From NCBI RefSeq assembly GCF_006345805.1, contig NC_043012.1, positions 1,798,001-1,862,000 of the forward strand: a stretch of 64,000 nucleotides of DNA. The letters are read 5' to 3'. How positions within the stretch are numbered: position 1 is the stretch's first letter; each line of letters starts with the position of its first letter. The DNA comes from Octopus sinensis. Its lineage: Eukaryota. The notes below the pieces were generated by a model. That model had not been told where the DNA came from. It was given only the letters and a program-made list of their open reading frames with translations, and ran no database searches. Made by a program: the position numbers and the translations under genes. This document shows positions 51,051-64,000 of the stretch, piece by piece.

Positions 51051-51531
51051 ACAACTATTTCATGTCTGAAATGAGAAAAAAAATTTTAATGTTTTGATGA
51101 AATTGTACAGAAAATTTGAAATTGTTAAGCTAACTATTTTGTTCAAGGTCTAAACGTGTGGGATGTTAATGTTAAATACATCAAAGCTTTATAAAATAGA
51201 TGGTAACAGCTTAATTTGATTATAACAATGTAAAGACATCATGTCTGAAATGAGAAAAAACTTAAAATGCTTGGATGAAATTGTTAAGCTAACTATTTTG
51301 TTCATGGTCTAAATGTGTGGGATGTAAATATTAAATACGTCAAAGCTTTAAACTTTATAAAATATAGGCATAGGAGTGGTAAGTAGCTTGCTTACAAACA
51401 ACGTGGTTCTGGGTTCAGTCCCACTGTATGGCATCTTGAGCAAGTGTTTTCTACTATGGCCTCAGGCCGACCAAAGCCTTGTGAGTGCATTTGGTAGACG
51501 GAAACTGAAAGAAGTCCGTCATATATATGTG

Positions 51532-51587
<56 letters not shown>

Positions 51588-52033
51588 GTCTGTATGTGTG
51601 TGTATATGTTTCTGTGTCTGTGTTTGTCCCTCCAACATCGCTTGACAACCGATGCTGGTGTGTTTATGTCCCTGTAACTTAGTGGTTCGGCAAAAGAGAC
51701 CGATAAAATAAGTACTAGGCTTACAAAGAATAAGTTCTGAGGTCGATTTGCTCAACTAAAGGCGGTGCTCCAGCATGGCCACAGTCAAATGACTGAAACA
51801 AGTTTTAAAAAGATTTTTGGAACGAGCTTATTTTGATTATAACAATGCAAAGACATCAAGTCTACAACTATTTCATGTCTGAAATGAGAAAAAAATTCAA
51901 GTGCTTTGATGAAATTGTTAAGCTAACTATTTTGTTCAAGGTCTAAATGTGTGGGATGTAAATGTTAAATACGTCAAAGCTTTATATAATAGAAGGCAAC
52001 AGCTTAGTTTGATTTTAACAACGTAAACACATC
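51051..52033. repeat. ~170-190-bp tandem repeat, 3 copies; the second is split by a family A SINE (51366-51802)
   Basis: catgtctgaaatgag...aagctaactattt...gtgggatg...tcaaagcttta at 51060, 51240 and 51874. Confidence 0.85.
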
Positions 52034-52448
52034 AACTCATCCATGTCATTCCATGCAATAATGTACAATAATATAATCAGTCAATACAAAGATATTGCAA
52101 GCCATGCACACACATACCTCCCCACCCCCACACACAGATAGGTAGATACACACACACACACACACAGGACATGCATACACATGTACATTTTAAATTATTT
52201 CATCCCTTTTGTACATATTTTAAACGCCGACCTCCCACACAGCTCCTGCAACAAAGTTCAATTTATTGTTAATGTAAAAAGAATTTTCAACATTCCATAA
52301 AGTTCTACTCCCCCGACCCCCCCCCCCCGACCCCCACCCACATAAAACACTATGGTATATCTGGCCATTGTTAAGTTCCATAGCGGTAATTCGAAACTGA
52401 ATCCCTGGAAACATGGTCAAACATCACAAGAGCAAACCACCGTAGTTT

Positions 52449-52478
52449 CACGTGATTGGTCTAATAAGCGACCAATCA
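52449..52478. promoter_or_regulatory. Candidate promoter module: CACGTG E-box overlapping two inverted CCAAT boxes
   Basis: cacgtgattggtc-taataagc-gaccaatca, in non-repetitive sequence. Confidence 0.35.
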
Positions 52479-53139
52479 GTGTGAGACAATGTTATGATCA
52501 GGGTTTTCTCCAATATTCAAGAATTTGATTTCCTGTCCCCCCACAAAAACCATTTGGTGAGCATTTTAGAGGCAGACAGACAATGCAGATGGCCTAGAAG
52601 AGATGACCAAGAACCTCTGTTACTATTAAAAAAGCACCTCTGTTACTATTAAAAGGCGGTGAGCTGGCAGAAATGTTAGCACGCCAGGCGAAAAGCATAG
52701 CCGTATTTCGTCTGGCATTATTGTAAAAATTACTTGGAAACAAAGGAACTCTCAATTAGTACATGTATATAACCAAAATACAGCATGCAAAAACATGCCC
52801 AGGACAACTCAGTATGTCTAGCAGAACATCCCCTTCTTAATGCATGTACCTGACATGACACAAACTGCACAGATTGATGCAACACAAGTAGATTCTGAAT
52901 AAAGACTAGTGCTAAATCTATCTTCCATTTCCTTCATCATTATATATATATATAATCAAAATAAGCAACAAGAATGACTCCGGTAATTTGGTACAATTGT
53001 TTCACACTACATCATTTTATTAAATGTTGTAAGTATTACAGCAGATTTAAGATACTGAGTACTCATCAGCCAATTATAGAGGTTTTCCATTAATACAAAA
53101 GTTTTCAAATCAAGTGGCAACATTATAGAGAAGGTAGAT

Positions 53140-53187
53140 ATACAGTATATATTATATATATATATATTTATATATATATATATATAT

Positions 53188-53256
<69 letters not shown>

Positions 53257-53501
53257 ATGTGTGTGTGTATATATGTGTATTATATATGTATATATTTATA
53301 TATATGTATATGTATGTGTAAGTGTATATATATGTGTGTGTGTATATGTATATATGTGTATATATATGAGTGTACGCGAGTATGTCGATGTATATGTAGG
53401 TATGTAGAGTTATGTGTATGTGCAGGTATGTGAGTGTAGATACAAATTGTAGATGTGTATATATATGTATGTGTATATATACATGTATATAGGTATATGT
53501 A

Positions 53502-53546
<45 letters not shown>

Positions 53547-53633
53547 GCGAGTATGTAGAGATATAAGTATGTGCATGTGTATATATATGTGTGTATATAT
53601 ATGTATGGGTATGTGTATGTGTATGTATGTATG

Positions 53634-53666
<33 letters not shown>

Positions 53667-54703
53667 ATGTATGCATATACGTATGTATGTATGTATGTAT
53701 ATGTGTATGTATATATGTGTGTAAGTGTGTGTATATATGTAAATGTAAGTGTGTGTGCTTGTATGAGAATGTATGTATGTTTGCACACATGTATATATGT
53801 GTGTGTATGTGTATATGTATATATATATGTATATATATATGTATATATATATATATATATGTATATATATGTGTATGTATATATATGTGTATATGTGTGT
53901 ATGTGTATGTATGTATGTATATATATGCGTGTGTATGTGTATGTATGTGTATATGTGTGTGTGTGTATACATGTGTGTATGTGTATGTATGTATATATAT
54001 GCGTGTGTATGTGTATGTGTATATGTACATATACGCGTACGCTCGTGTGTTTATGTATATGTAGGTACGTAGAGTTATCTATGTGTGTATTTATATGTAC
54101 ATGTGTGTAAGTATGTATATATATATATATATATATATGTGTATGTGTGTGTGTGTATATATATATGTATGTATATATGTATGTGTATATATATGTGTAT
54201 ATATGTATATGTGTATGTATATATGTGTGTAAGTGTGTGTATATATATGTAAATGTAAGTGTGTGTGCTTGTATGAGAATGTATGTATGTTTGCACACAT
54301 GTATATATGTGTGTGTATGTGTATATGTATATATATATATGTATATATATGTGTATGTATATATATGTGTATATGTGTGTGTGTGTATACATGTGTGTAT
54401 GTGTATGTATGTATGTATATATATGCGTGTGTATGTGTATGTATGTGTATATGTGTGTGTGTGTATACATGTGTGTATGTGTATGTATGTATATATATGC
54501 GTGTGTATGTGTATGTGTATATGTACATATACGCGTACGCTCGTGTGTTTATGTATATGTAGGTATGTAGAGTTATCTATGTGTGTATTTATATGTACAT
54601 GTGTGTAAGTATGTATATATATATATATATATGTGTATGTGTGTGTATATATGTATGTATGTATATATGTATGTGTATATATGTGTATATATGTATGTAT
54701 ATA

Positions 54704-54760
<57 letters not shown>

Positions 54761-55137
54761 TGTGTGTGTGTAAGTTTATATGTATGTATCCGTCTATATA
54801 ATAGGTAACTGCACGTACATATACTTAATATTTATTTTTTGAGTATGCATGTATGAATAACTGCGCGTATATATATTTTACTATTTACTTATTTTTTGAG
54901 TATGCATGTAAGTATGAATATAAGGAGGCGCGTGTGTGTGTGTGTATGTGTAAGCATAGATATATGTATACTTTTACGCATGTGTGTACTTATGTGTATA
55001 TATGGATGCGCGCGTGTGTGTGTGTGTGTATGGGTACGCATGTACATGTGTATGTGCGGTATGAGTATATGAGTATGTATGTATGTGTATGTGTGTGTGT
55101 ATATATGTATATGTATGTGTGTATATGTATGTATGTG

Positions 55138-55191
<54 letters not shown>

Positions 55192-55388
55192 TATATATGT
55201 ATGTATGTGGGTGTGTGTATGTGTATAAATGTATGTATGTATGGATGTATGGATGTATGTATGTATGTATACGTATGTATGTGTATGTGTGTATATGTAT
55301 GTATGTGTATGTGTGTATATATATGTATATGTGTGTGTATGCGTATGTGTGTGTATATATATATATAATATATATGTGTATATATATG

Positions 55389-55431
<43 letters not shown>

Positions 55432-56230
55432 ATTTGTATGTAGGTGTATATGTATGTGTGTGTATTTATATTTATTGGTGTATATATATAGACTAGCCTT
55501 CTAAGAGTGTAGACATGAATCTGTAGGTACGCGTACGTATGTGTATATACGTGAATGTATGTAGATGTATGTATGTATGAATATAACGCGTGCGTGCGTG
55601 TATGTGTATGAGTGTACGAATGAGTGAGTGTACGTGCTAAAGAGTGTGCGTGAGTGAATGAGTGCTTGTTTTCCAGTAGACAGATAAATGGACTGGCTGT
55701 CATAGCCAAGATGTTTGTGACCAAACGGCCAAAGATAACAAAAGTAATAAACGAAGATAATAAAATTAAAATTAGGGAATGGGTCTGTATTTGTATGTGT
55801 ATATATATGTGTGTATGTGTAGGTATGCATAGGTACACATATGTATATATATATATATATACATGTATGTATGTGTATGTATGTGTGTGTATATGAGTGT
55901 GTATGTGTATATATGTGTATATAGGGACTAGTGTGCTGTGTGTGCATGTGTGTGTGTGGATATGTGTGTGTATGCGTGTATGTGAGTATGTGTGTGTATG
56001 TGTATATATATTTTTCTGTGCGTATATGTATGTGTGGTCGTGTGTGTATATATACATGTGTGTATACGTGTATGCATGTGAGTGTGTGTATGTATACATA
56101 TATGTGTATGTGTAGATATGTATATGTATGTGTAAGTGTATATATATGTATATATATGTGTGTGTATGTATGTGTGTATGTATATGTATATATGTTTGTA
56201 TGTGTGTGTATGTATGTATACATGTGTGCA
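53140..56230. repeat. 3.1-kb mosaic (TA/TG/TATG)n microsatellite field
   Basis: Direct reading; contains a ~500-bp internal tandem duplication. Confidence 0.95.
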
Positions 56231-56597
56231 TAGGTATAAGTGAGAATCTCCTTATTTACCTAAAACTCTATTCCCCTTTTTTTATATATAGATTTTTTTA
56301 TTTTTTTATTTTTTTATTTATTCTTCTATCTAATTTAACACTGACTCCTTGACCACTCCCCCAAGTATGATATTTTGCACTATGCCTACCCCCAAAAAGT
56401 CCCCCACCAACACCCCTTTAAACCTGCCTAAATGTATAAATGCCAATACAATTCTTGTTAACTAGCTTCCTGAAGATTTCTCTTGAATGAAACAGTTCTA
56501 GTCCTGTAGAAGCTCCTTCTATATAATAAATTAATTTTACTCTGCTATGTATTGAGTACCTTATTTACTGTGGTTAACCCCGAATCAACCCGGGACC

Positions 56598-56631
<34 letters not shown>

Positions 56632-56904
56632 AAAGTAATATGTTACAATTATTCGGTAGCCATGATAAAGCTTGTTTGAATCAGTTCACTTTGTATACGT
56701 TGTGAGTAATGGACTCTTGATGAAATTGCAATGATTAGAAAGCATAATTACATACAAAGCAATATGCAGTCACTGCAGTCGAAACATGTGTAGGCCAGAG
56801 ATATATATGCTATAGAAAACTTTTTAGTAGAAATGTTTTGGATGTGAATAAATCTCCACTCTCCTCTCCATTATCAATGTTATATATATATATAATAATA
56901 TAAA

Positions 56905-56920
56905 TAATGATAATAATAAC

Positions 56921-56976
<56 letters not shown>

Positions 56977-56986
56977 TGATAATAAT

Positions 56987-57035
<49 letters not shown>
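56905..57035. repeat. (AAT)n microsatellite
   Basis: Direct reading of the sequence. Confidence 0.95.
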
Positions 57036-57116
57036 TTAGGGAATATGATTCCAAACTTACTGGGTAAGATTCAGTTTAGTAATACTAAATCAAATTTCTC
57101 TAATTTATATACATAC

Positions 57117-57420
57117 ATCATCATCATCATCATCATCATCATCGTTTAATGTCTGCTTCCATGCTAGCATGGGATGGACGATTTGACTGAGGTCTGGCAA
57201 ACCAGATGGCTGCACCAGACTCCAATCTGATCTGGCAGAGATTCTACAGCTGGATGACCTTCCTAACGCCAATCACTCCAAGAGTGTAGTGGGTGCTTTT
57301 ACAAGCCACCGGCACGAGGGCCAGTCAGGCGGTACTAGCAACGGCCACGCTCAAATGGTGCTTTTTATGTGCCACCTGCACAGGAGCCAGTCCAGCGGCA
57401 CTGGCAACAACGTTGCTCGA
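57117..57420 (-). mobile_element. Family B retroposon
   Basis: Reverse complement of the B tail. Confidence 0.85.
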
Positions 57421-57912
57421 ATGTGTGTGTGTGTGTGTGCAGTCTTTTACTTGTGCCAGTCACTGGAATGGACCTGTGTTGAGGTACATACACATGCATA
57501 CGCATACACATTTTTATTTTTTAGAAAAAATCAATATTAATTTACTTTATATGTATTAACAATAACATACAGCTGTTTTATAAATTTGAATATTGAAAAT
57601 AACTTCTGTTTGTGTACAGAGAGATACTCTGGTAAGGAGTGAGTATGGTTGAGAAAGAAACACAGAACAGAGAGAAAGAGAGGGGGAGAGAGAGAGAGAA
57701 AGGGATAAGGAAACAGAGATGTAGAAAGACAAAGAGAACAGCAATGAAACTAAACGCAAAAGGAATGTTTATCTAGTCGTACAAATTGTTAACAATATTG
57801 ATTGCATCATGTAACAAGTACAGTTAAATAGACACGATCAGATGACAAAATGGCTTTTGTTTTAATGGTCTCTGACTTCAATAAATCAAAATTCAAACAT
57901 CTGGTCTGGCCA

Positions 57913-58519
57913 TCTCTATATACATAAAACTGAGAATGTCTGTCTGTGTGTTTCCCTAAAACTTGATAACTACACAACCAATTTCATTCAAATTTTACAC
58001 ATGTCTTACTTAGGGTCCAGGGAGTGTCATCGGCAAAAAACATTTTAAACTTTTTGCCTAGGGCGAGCCCACAGCAATATCATATCTTCTCCACTACGAT
58101 TCCCAAAAACTTGAGAACTACACAACCAATTTCATTCAAATTTTACACATGCCTTACTTAGGGTCCATGTAGTTTCATGGGCAAAAAAAAAGTTCATCTT
58201 CTTGCCTAGGGCGAGCCCATAGCAATATCATATCTTCTCCACTATTTCAGTAATACATGTTAAAAGTGAAACAAAAACATTTCTCTATTTTATGTCAGAT
58301 ACTTTCACTTTAACAATAAAAATTAGAGATAATAATAACAATTGAATTATTGTAGTAAGTAATAATTAAAATCAAACTAAATTAAATCGTAACATATTGT
58401 ATTTTGTATTTTATGTGTAGATGTATATATATAGATGTATATGTAATATGTACACATATATATACACATATATACATGCACTAGCACTATGACCCGGCAA
58501 CGACGGGTCATAATGCTAG
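57913..58519 (+). mobile_element. Non-autonomous Helitron-type element
   Basis: A|TC 5' end, 3' hairpin tatgacccg/cgggtcata and CTAG|T 3' end; internal ~145-bp tandem duplication. Confidence 0.8.
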
Positions 58520-58673
58520 TTTTCTTATAAACAAGAACTAGATCAATCTAAAATAGCTTTTCTCTTTTACCTGTTTTAACCATTAGGTAGTAAGTCATGC
58601 TGGGGGGCCCTGCCTTAAAGGGTTTAATTGACCAAATCAATCCCAGTATTGATTTTTTCTTTTAAACTCTATC

Positions 58674-58980
58674 ATGGAGGCGCAATGGCCCAGTGGTTAG
58701 GGCAGCAGACTCGCGGTTGGAGGATCACGGTTTTGATTCCCAGACCAGGCGTTGTGTGTGTTTAATGAGCAAAAACACCTAAAAGCTCCACGAGGTTCTA
58801 GCAGGGGGTGGTGGTGACCCCTGTTGTACTCTTTCACCACAACCTTCTCTCACTCTCTCTTCCTGTTTCTTGAGTAATGCTGCAATGGACTGGCGTCCCG
58901 TCCAGCTGTGGGGAACACATACGCCACAGAAACCAGGAAACCAGGCCCATGAGCCTGGCTAGGCTTGAAAAGGGCGCATA
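58674..58980 (+). mobile_element. Family D tRNA-derived SINE
   Basis: A-box tggcccagtgg and B-box-like ggttttgattccc; the head matches the reverse complement of 63240-63442. Confidence 0.85.
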
Positions 58981-61126
58981 CATAATAAAAAAATTTCTCT
59001 ATCTGCATTTTTTTGGCTGAAATGTTATGTTATAGGGATGTAAACAAACCAACACCAGTTGTCAAGCGGTGATGGGGCAAACACAACACAGGGGGACACA
59101 CACACACATACGCATAATGCATACATATTTTTACGAGAAACTACCAAATTCACTCACACATTTTTGGTTACTAACAGGCACTTTAAAAAGATGAAAAAAA
59201 GAGAGAAAAGGGGAGAGGCAAAGCTAAGGGAGATGGAAGGGGTGAGGCTGTGGACTACATATTTCAGAACAAGTGGGATGCTCAGCCGTGCCCTGCATTA
59301 GTGACTACGATGGCTGACCAGCAGCTATAGTAGACGACATTCGTCCCAAGTATCATGCAGTGGGACAGAACCCAAGACCACATCATCAGAAAGCGCATAG
59401 CCACATCAGCACCTCCACTTTTTTCTTTTTACTTTTAAACACATGGAATGGGTAATGTTGCTGTTTCAGGACAATTACCCCCAACCCCCACCCAGAGGAC
59501 AATCCCCCCTAACAACAACTACCTCCAGGACAATAGCCCTCCTTGGTTAATTACTCCCTCTCCAATATATTAAGAAATTTTAAATCAACATGTGTTGTTC
59601 TCAGTGGTAGTTGTTTGTTTTTTTGGGGGGGAGTTATTATTCATGAGGGATAAATGTCCTAGACGCCAGTGTTCTGTAACAAATTGGCGGATGTCATTTT
59701 TTCAGCACTTTTAAAAATCATAAGCAGTGTCCTCAATTACAATAAGTGTAATTTCCATGTTCTGTATTGCTTTGTTTGCAACCATCAGCAGAAACACTAG
59801 TTTTTCAAGTATTTTTTTTGTATTTTGCTCGTTGTGATAAGATCTATCTATTTGTTTGTACACACAAACACACACACACACACACCACACACACACACAC
59901 ATATATATATATCACGTGATCATGTGACCGACCAGACCATCAGATGTTGTTACACATCGCTGGTCACAATGCGTTCGCATTGTTTTAGCCTTCGAATGAC
60001 GCCACCCCACTGGCTAAGCAAGCAGGCCAATATATATATATACACACACACATATATAGGATATATAAATACATATGAATATATATATGTATGTGTGTGT
60101 ATATATATATATGTATACACACACATATAAAGATATATATATACATATATATATATATGTATATATATAATACATATATATATATACTAGCATTATGGCC
60201 CAGCGTTAAGAAGACACTTGCCCAAGGTTCCACGCAGGGGGACTGAACCCAGAACCATGTGGTTGGTAAGCAAGCTACTTACCACATAGCCACTCATGCC
60301 TATATATATATATACTTTTTTTTATTTATATTATATGATTGAACGCTACGCATCCTCTTCCAAGTAAATTTTATTTTAAATCTGATGTACACTCTATACA
60401 ATCTTTTCACACTTTCCTTTTTCTATCTCTTATTCTTTTACCTCATCTTCTCCCACTATTCTACCCTATTACTCTGTCACTCTCTCTCTCTCTCTCTCTC
60501 ACTCTTTCTCCCTCGCTTACGTGGCTCCCACATGACCATCAGCCATTTTTCTTTATTTCTCTCCGTTGTGGCTGGAGCAAGAAAGACGTGTTTTACTTGT
60601 CTCCTGTCCTCACTTGATTTATGCGTTTATCACAACAACTTCGTTTAGGCTTAGCAGCCCTTCCTGTTAGTTTTCACTGTCCTGCTTGTGTTACCAATTT
60701 TGACCCTCCGCAAATTCCCAAATTTTATTTAATTTCCTTTGCGGGAGCAACTGTTTTATCGAAAGCATATATTCTTGTTAAATACTCGAAATACGAGACT
60801 AGAAAAACAGCCAACAACTGATGAAGGGTTGTTCTTTATTTTTGTCTTGTTTTCCGTTTCTGTCTTTCGTTGTTCGAAAGAATAGTTCATGTTCCATGTA
60901 CTCGTGCTTTTACACTTTTACTTGTTTCAGTCATTTGACTGTGGCCATGCTGGAGCACTGCCTTTTAGTTGAAGAACTCGACCTCTGGACTAATTCTTTG
61001 TAAGCCTAGTGCATATTCTATTAGACTCTTCTGCCAAACTACTCAGTTATGGGGATGTAAACACACCAATGTCAGTAGTCAAGCAATAGTGGCAGGGACA
61101 GACATAAACATACACATATAAATATG

Positions 61127-61168
<42 letters not shown>

Positions 61169-61497
61169 AGAGTTTATGAAAAATCAAAAGACGAAAACAG
61201 GTGGTGTACAAAACAAACAGATGTATTAGAATAAGTCCTGGGGTCAAATGACTGAAACAAGTAACAAAATAAAAGAATACTCAGTGTAGTTAAGATTCGT
61301 GGTTAGGGTATTCAGCTGACAATCATAAGGTCGTAAGTTCAATTCCCAACAGCACACTGTATCGTTGAACAGCAAAACACTTCATTTCATGTTGTTCCAA
61401 TTCACTCAGCTGACAAAAGCAAGTTGTACCTGTAATTCAAAGGGGCCAGCCTTGTCACATTCTGTGTCACACTGAATCCCTCTGAAAACTACGTTAA

Positions 61498-62135
61498 CCC
61501 TTTTGTTACCAACCCGGCTGAAACCAGCTCTGGCTCTGAGTACAAATGTCTTGTTTTCATAAGTTCTGAATTAAAATCTTCCACCAAACCTTAGTCATAA
61601 TTTATGTTCCTAACACTGGCTTAATGATAACTAAGTTATTTTACTAAATTCTTTGTTATATTTAAAGTAATTGAAAGAAATACAGAGCAGGAGTAGCTGT
61701 GTGGTAAGTAGCTTGATTACCAACCACATGGTTCCGGGTTCAGTCCCACTGCGTGGCACCTTGGGCAAGTGTCTTCTACTATAGCCTCAGGCCGACCAGA
61801 GCCTTCTGAGTGGATTTGGTAGATGGAAACTGAAAAGAAGCCCGTTGTATATACGTATATATATATATATATATGCATGTGTGTGTTTGTGTGTCTGTGT
61901 TTGTCCCCATAGCATTGCTTGACAACCGATGCTGGCGTGTTTATGTCCCCGTTACTTAGCGGTTCGGCAGAAGAGACAGATAGAATAAGTACTGGGCTTA
62001 CAAAAGAATAAGTCCTGGGGTCGAGTTGCTCGACTAAAGGCGGTGCTCCAGCATGGCCGCAGTCAAATGACTGAAACAAGTAAAAGAGTAAAAGAGTAAA
62101 GAGAGTATCACAAAATAAATACAGTAACAAAAGGG
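61498..62135. mobile_element. piggyBac-type MITE with TTAA TSD
   Basis: TTAA-cccttttgttac...gtaacaaaaggg-TTAA; perfect 12-bp TIRs. Confidence 0.9.
61688..62103 (+). mobile_element. Family A SINE, near full length, inside the MITE
   Basis: Complete head, central microsatellite and (taaaagag)n tail. Confidence 0.9.
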
Positions 62136-62316
62136 TTAAGGACATGCATGTCTCAGGAGTGCTCAGCCACTTGCATGTTAATTCTGCAAGCGGCCTGTTC
62201 CTTTGCTCAAATCAACTGGAACTCTTGTCATCATAACTAATGGAGTACCAGTTATTACCAACATCTACGTATCAGTTGCTGTCGAGATTAAATCCATCAA
62301 ATATAATTACCAGCAT

Positions 62317-62538
62317 TTACTCTTTTACTTGTTTCAGTCATTTGACTGTGGCCATGCTGGAGCACCGCCTTTAGCCGAACAAATCGACCCCAGGACTTAT
62401 TCTTTGTAAGCCTACTTTTTCTACTTATTCTATCGGTCTCTTTTGTCGAACTGCTAAGTTACAGGGACGTAAGAACACCAGCATCGGTTGTCAAGCGATG
62501 TTGGGGGGACAAATACAGACACACAAACATATACACAT

Positions 62539-62603
<65 letters not shown>

Positions 62604-62774
62604 CATATATACAACAGGCTTCTTTCAGTTTCCGTTGACCAAATCCACTCACAAGGCTTTGGTCGGTCCGAGGCTATAGTAGAAGACACTTGCCCAAGGT
62701 GCCATGCAGTGGAACTGAACTCGGAACCACGTGGCTCGTAAGCAAGCTACTTACTACACAACCACTCCTACACC
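62317..62774 (-). mobile_element. Family A SINE, near full length
   Basis: Reverse complement of 61688-62103. Confidence 0.9.
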
Positions 62775-62989
62775 TTGGAATATCTTTTTTGCTGTATAGA
62801 TTATAATGATTATAGTTGTTGTTATTGTTGTTGCCAATGACATTGTTATAGTTGCTATTGTTGTTGTTCCTGATTTTTCTTGCTACTACTGTTATTTCTG
62901 TAGATCATCTTGCCACTTTTGTTGTTGTTGTTGTTACTGCTGCAGCTGTCTTCTTCTTCTTCTTCTAATCAGGACTCACGTCATTAGCC

Positions 62990-63442
62990 ACAAAGAATAA
63001 TCTCTAATTCGAGCCTACTCTAAGCTACTAAGAATGCATGTGGCAACTTGAAGATCCACCCAACACTCGCGATAGACTGGTGGTTGCACGGGCGTGAAAG
63101 CTACGTTGTTATCCTCATTCCGTAAACGGTGGCTTTGAACGGGTGGAGAGCTGAACCATCCTGGGGTACAGAGGATTCGCAATCTAGACTAGAGTCTGAA
63201 AGTTTACCACACCATAGTGGGTTATGCCATGGTTCCTCTGCTTTGTGGCAGAAGTAGAAAGAAAGAGTGAGAGAAAGTTGTGGTGAAAGATTACAGCAGG
63301 GTTCACCACTACCCCTGCCAGAGCCTCGTGGAGCTTAGGTGTTTTTGCTCAATAAACACTCACAATGCCCGGTCTGGGAATCGAAACCGCGTTCTTACGA
63401 CCGCAAGTCCGCTGCCCTAACCACTGGGCCATTGCGCCTCCA
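62990..63442 (-). mobile_element. Family D head with a different CpG-rich body
   Basis: 63240-63442 is the reverse complement of the D head; the extent of the body is inferred. Confidence 0.65.
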
Positions 63443-63613
63443 CTGCTGCAGCTGTTGTACTCTTGTACCATTGCTGTTGTTTTGTTGAAGGGTTGGTTTT
63501 TTTTTTTGGTTTAAAGTTGTTACTGTAACTAATGATGTTGCTAAAGTCATTGTTGATGTTGTTGCTGCTGTTATTGATCAGCATAAGTTGTTGTTATTAT
63601 TACATCATAACAT

Positions 63614-63847
63614 AAGGCAATGAGCTGGCAGAAACGTTAGCGCGCCGGGCGAAATGCTTAGCGGTATTACGTCTGTCGTTGCGTTCTGAGTTCAAATTCC
63701 GCCAAGGTCGACTTTGCCTTTCATCCTTTCGGGGTCGATAAATTTAGTACCAGTTACGCACTGGGGTCGATATAATCGACTTAATCCGTTTGTCTGTCCT
63801 TGTTTGTCCCCTCTATGTTTAGCCCCTTGTGGGCAATAAAGAAACAG
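63614..63847 (+). mobile_element. Family C tRNA-derived SINE (a partial second copy follows to ~63965)
   Basis: gagctggcagaaacgttagc A-box-like and gagttcaaattcc B-box; matches 36860-37090 and 48564-48795. Confidence 0.9.
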
Positions 63848-64000
63848 ATATTTCATCTGTAGCTACAGTCTGAGCTTAAATTCCACCGGGTCGACTTTGC
63901 CTTTCATCCTTTCAGAGTCAAGAAATTGAGTACAGCTGTGTACTGGGGTCGATCTAATCGACTGACTCCTCTCCCCCACCCTGAATATCACTCCACGTGT

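Larger units (their letters stand above)
61293..62250 (+). mobile_element. Family D-like SINE interrupted by nested insertions
   Basis: The body stops at aactacgTTAA (61497) and resumes after TTAA at 62140, collinear with 13452-13765. Confidence 0.8.

Noticed and set aside
56462-56505. CUGAAGA...GAAAC motif
   Set aside because: Stem II is weak, stem III has no GU partner and stem I does not pair.
58674-58760. tRNA genes at SINE heads (families A, C, D and 20626)
   Set aside because: A/B boxes are present, but there is no complete cloverleaf or acceptor stem, and each continues into a repeated SINE body.
60780-60835. Hammerhead at ctgatgaaggg with an upstream cgaaa
   Set aside because: I could not form stems II and III or find a cleavage triplet; it is noted only as part of the 18613 family comparison.

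Overview
AT-rich animal genomic DNA. The repeat content ((TA)n/(TACA)n tracts, several tRNA-derived SINE families, RTE-type LINE tails ending in (GAT)n) suggests an octopod cephalopod; this is inference, not a database result. Only one credible protein-coding segment is present: a single long ORF at 37803-38879 (+, 358 aa) with no recognisable folded domain but a PAM2-like motif and an eIF4E-binding-like motif. The rest is mostly repeats: decayed Penelope-like (GIY-YIG), RTE and R4-type (RLE) retroelements, mariner, hAT, piggyBac-type and Helitron-type DNA elements, and minisatellites, including a 4.4-kb 24-bp array. The main finding is about 13 minimal hammerhead-ribozyme-like motifs found by eye. 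Three pairs sit in head-to-head fold-back elements with one motif per arm, and one sits behind a tRNA-like SINE head. Nearly all other ORFs in the supplied track are repeat artefacts.
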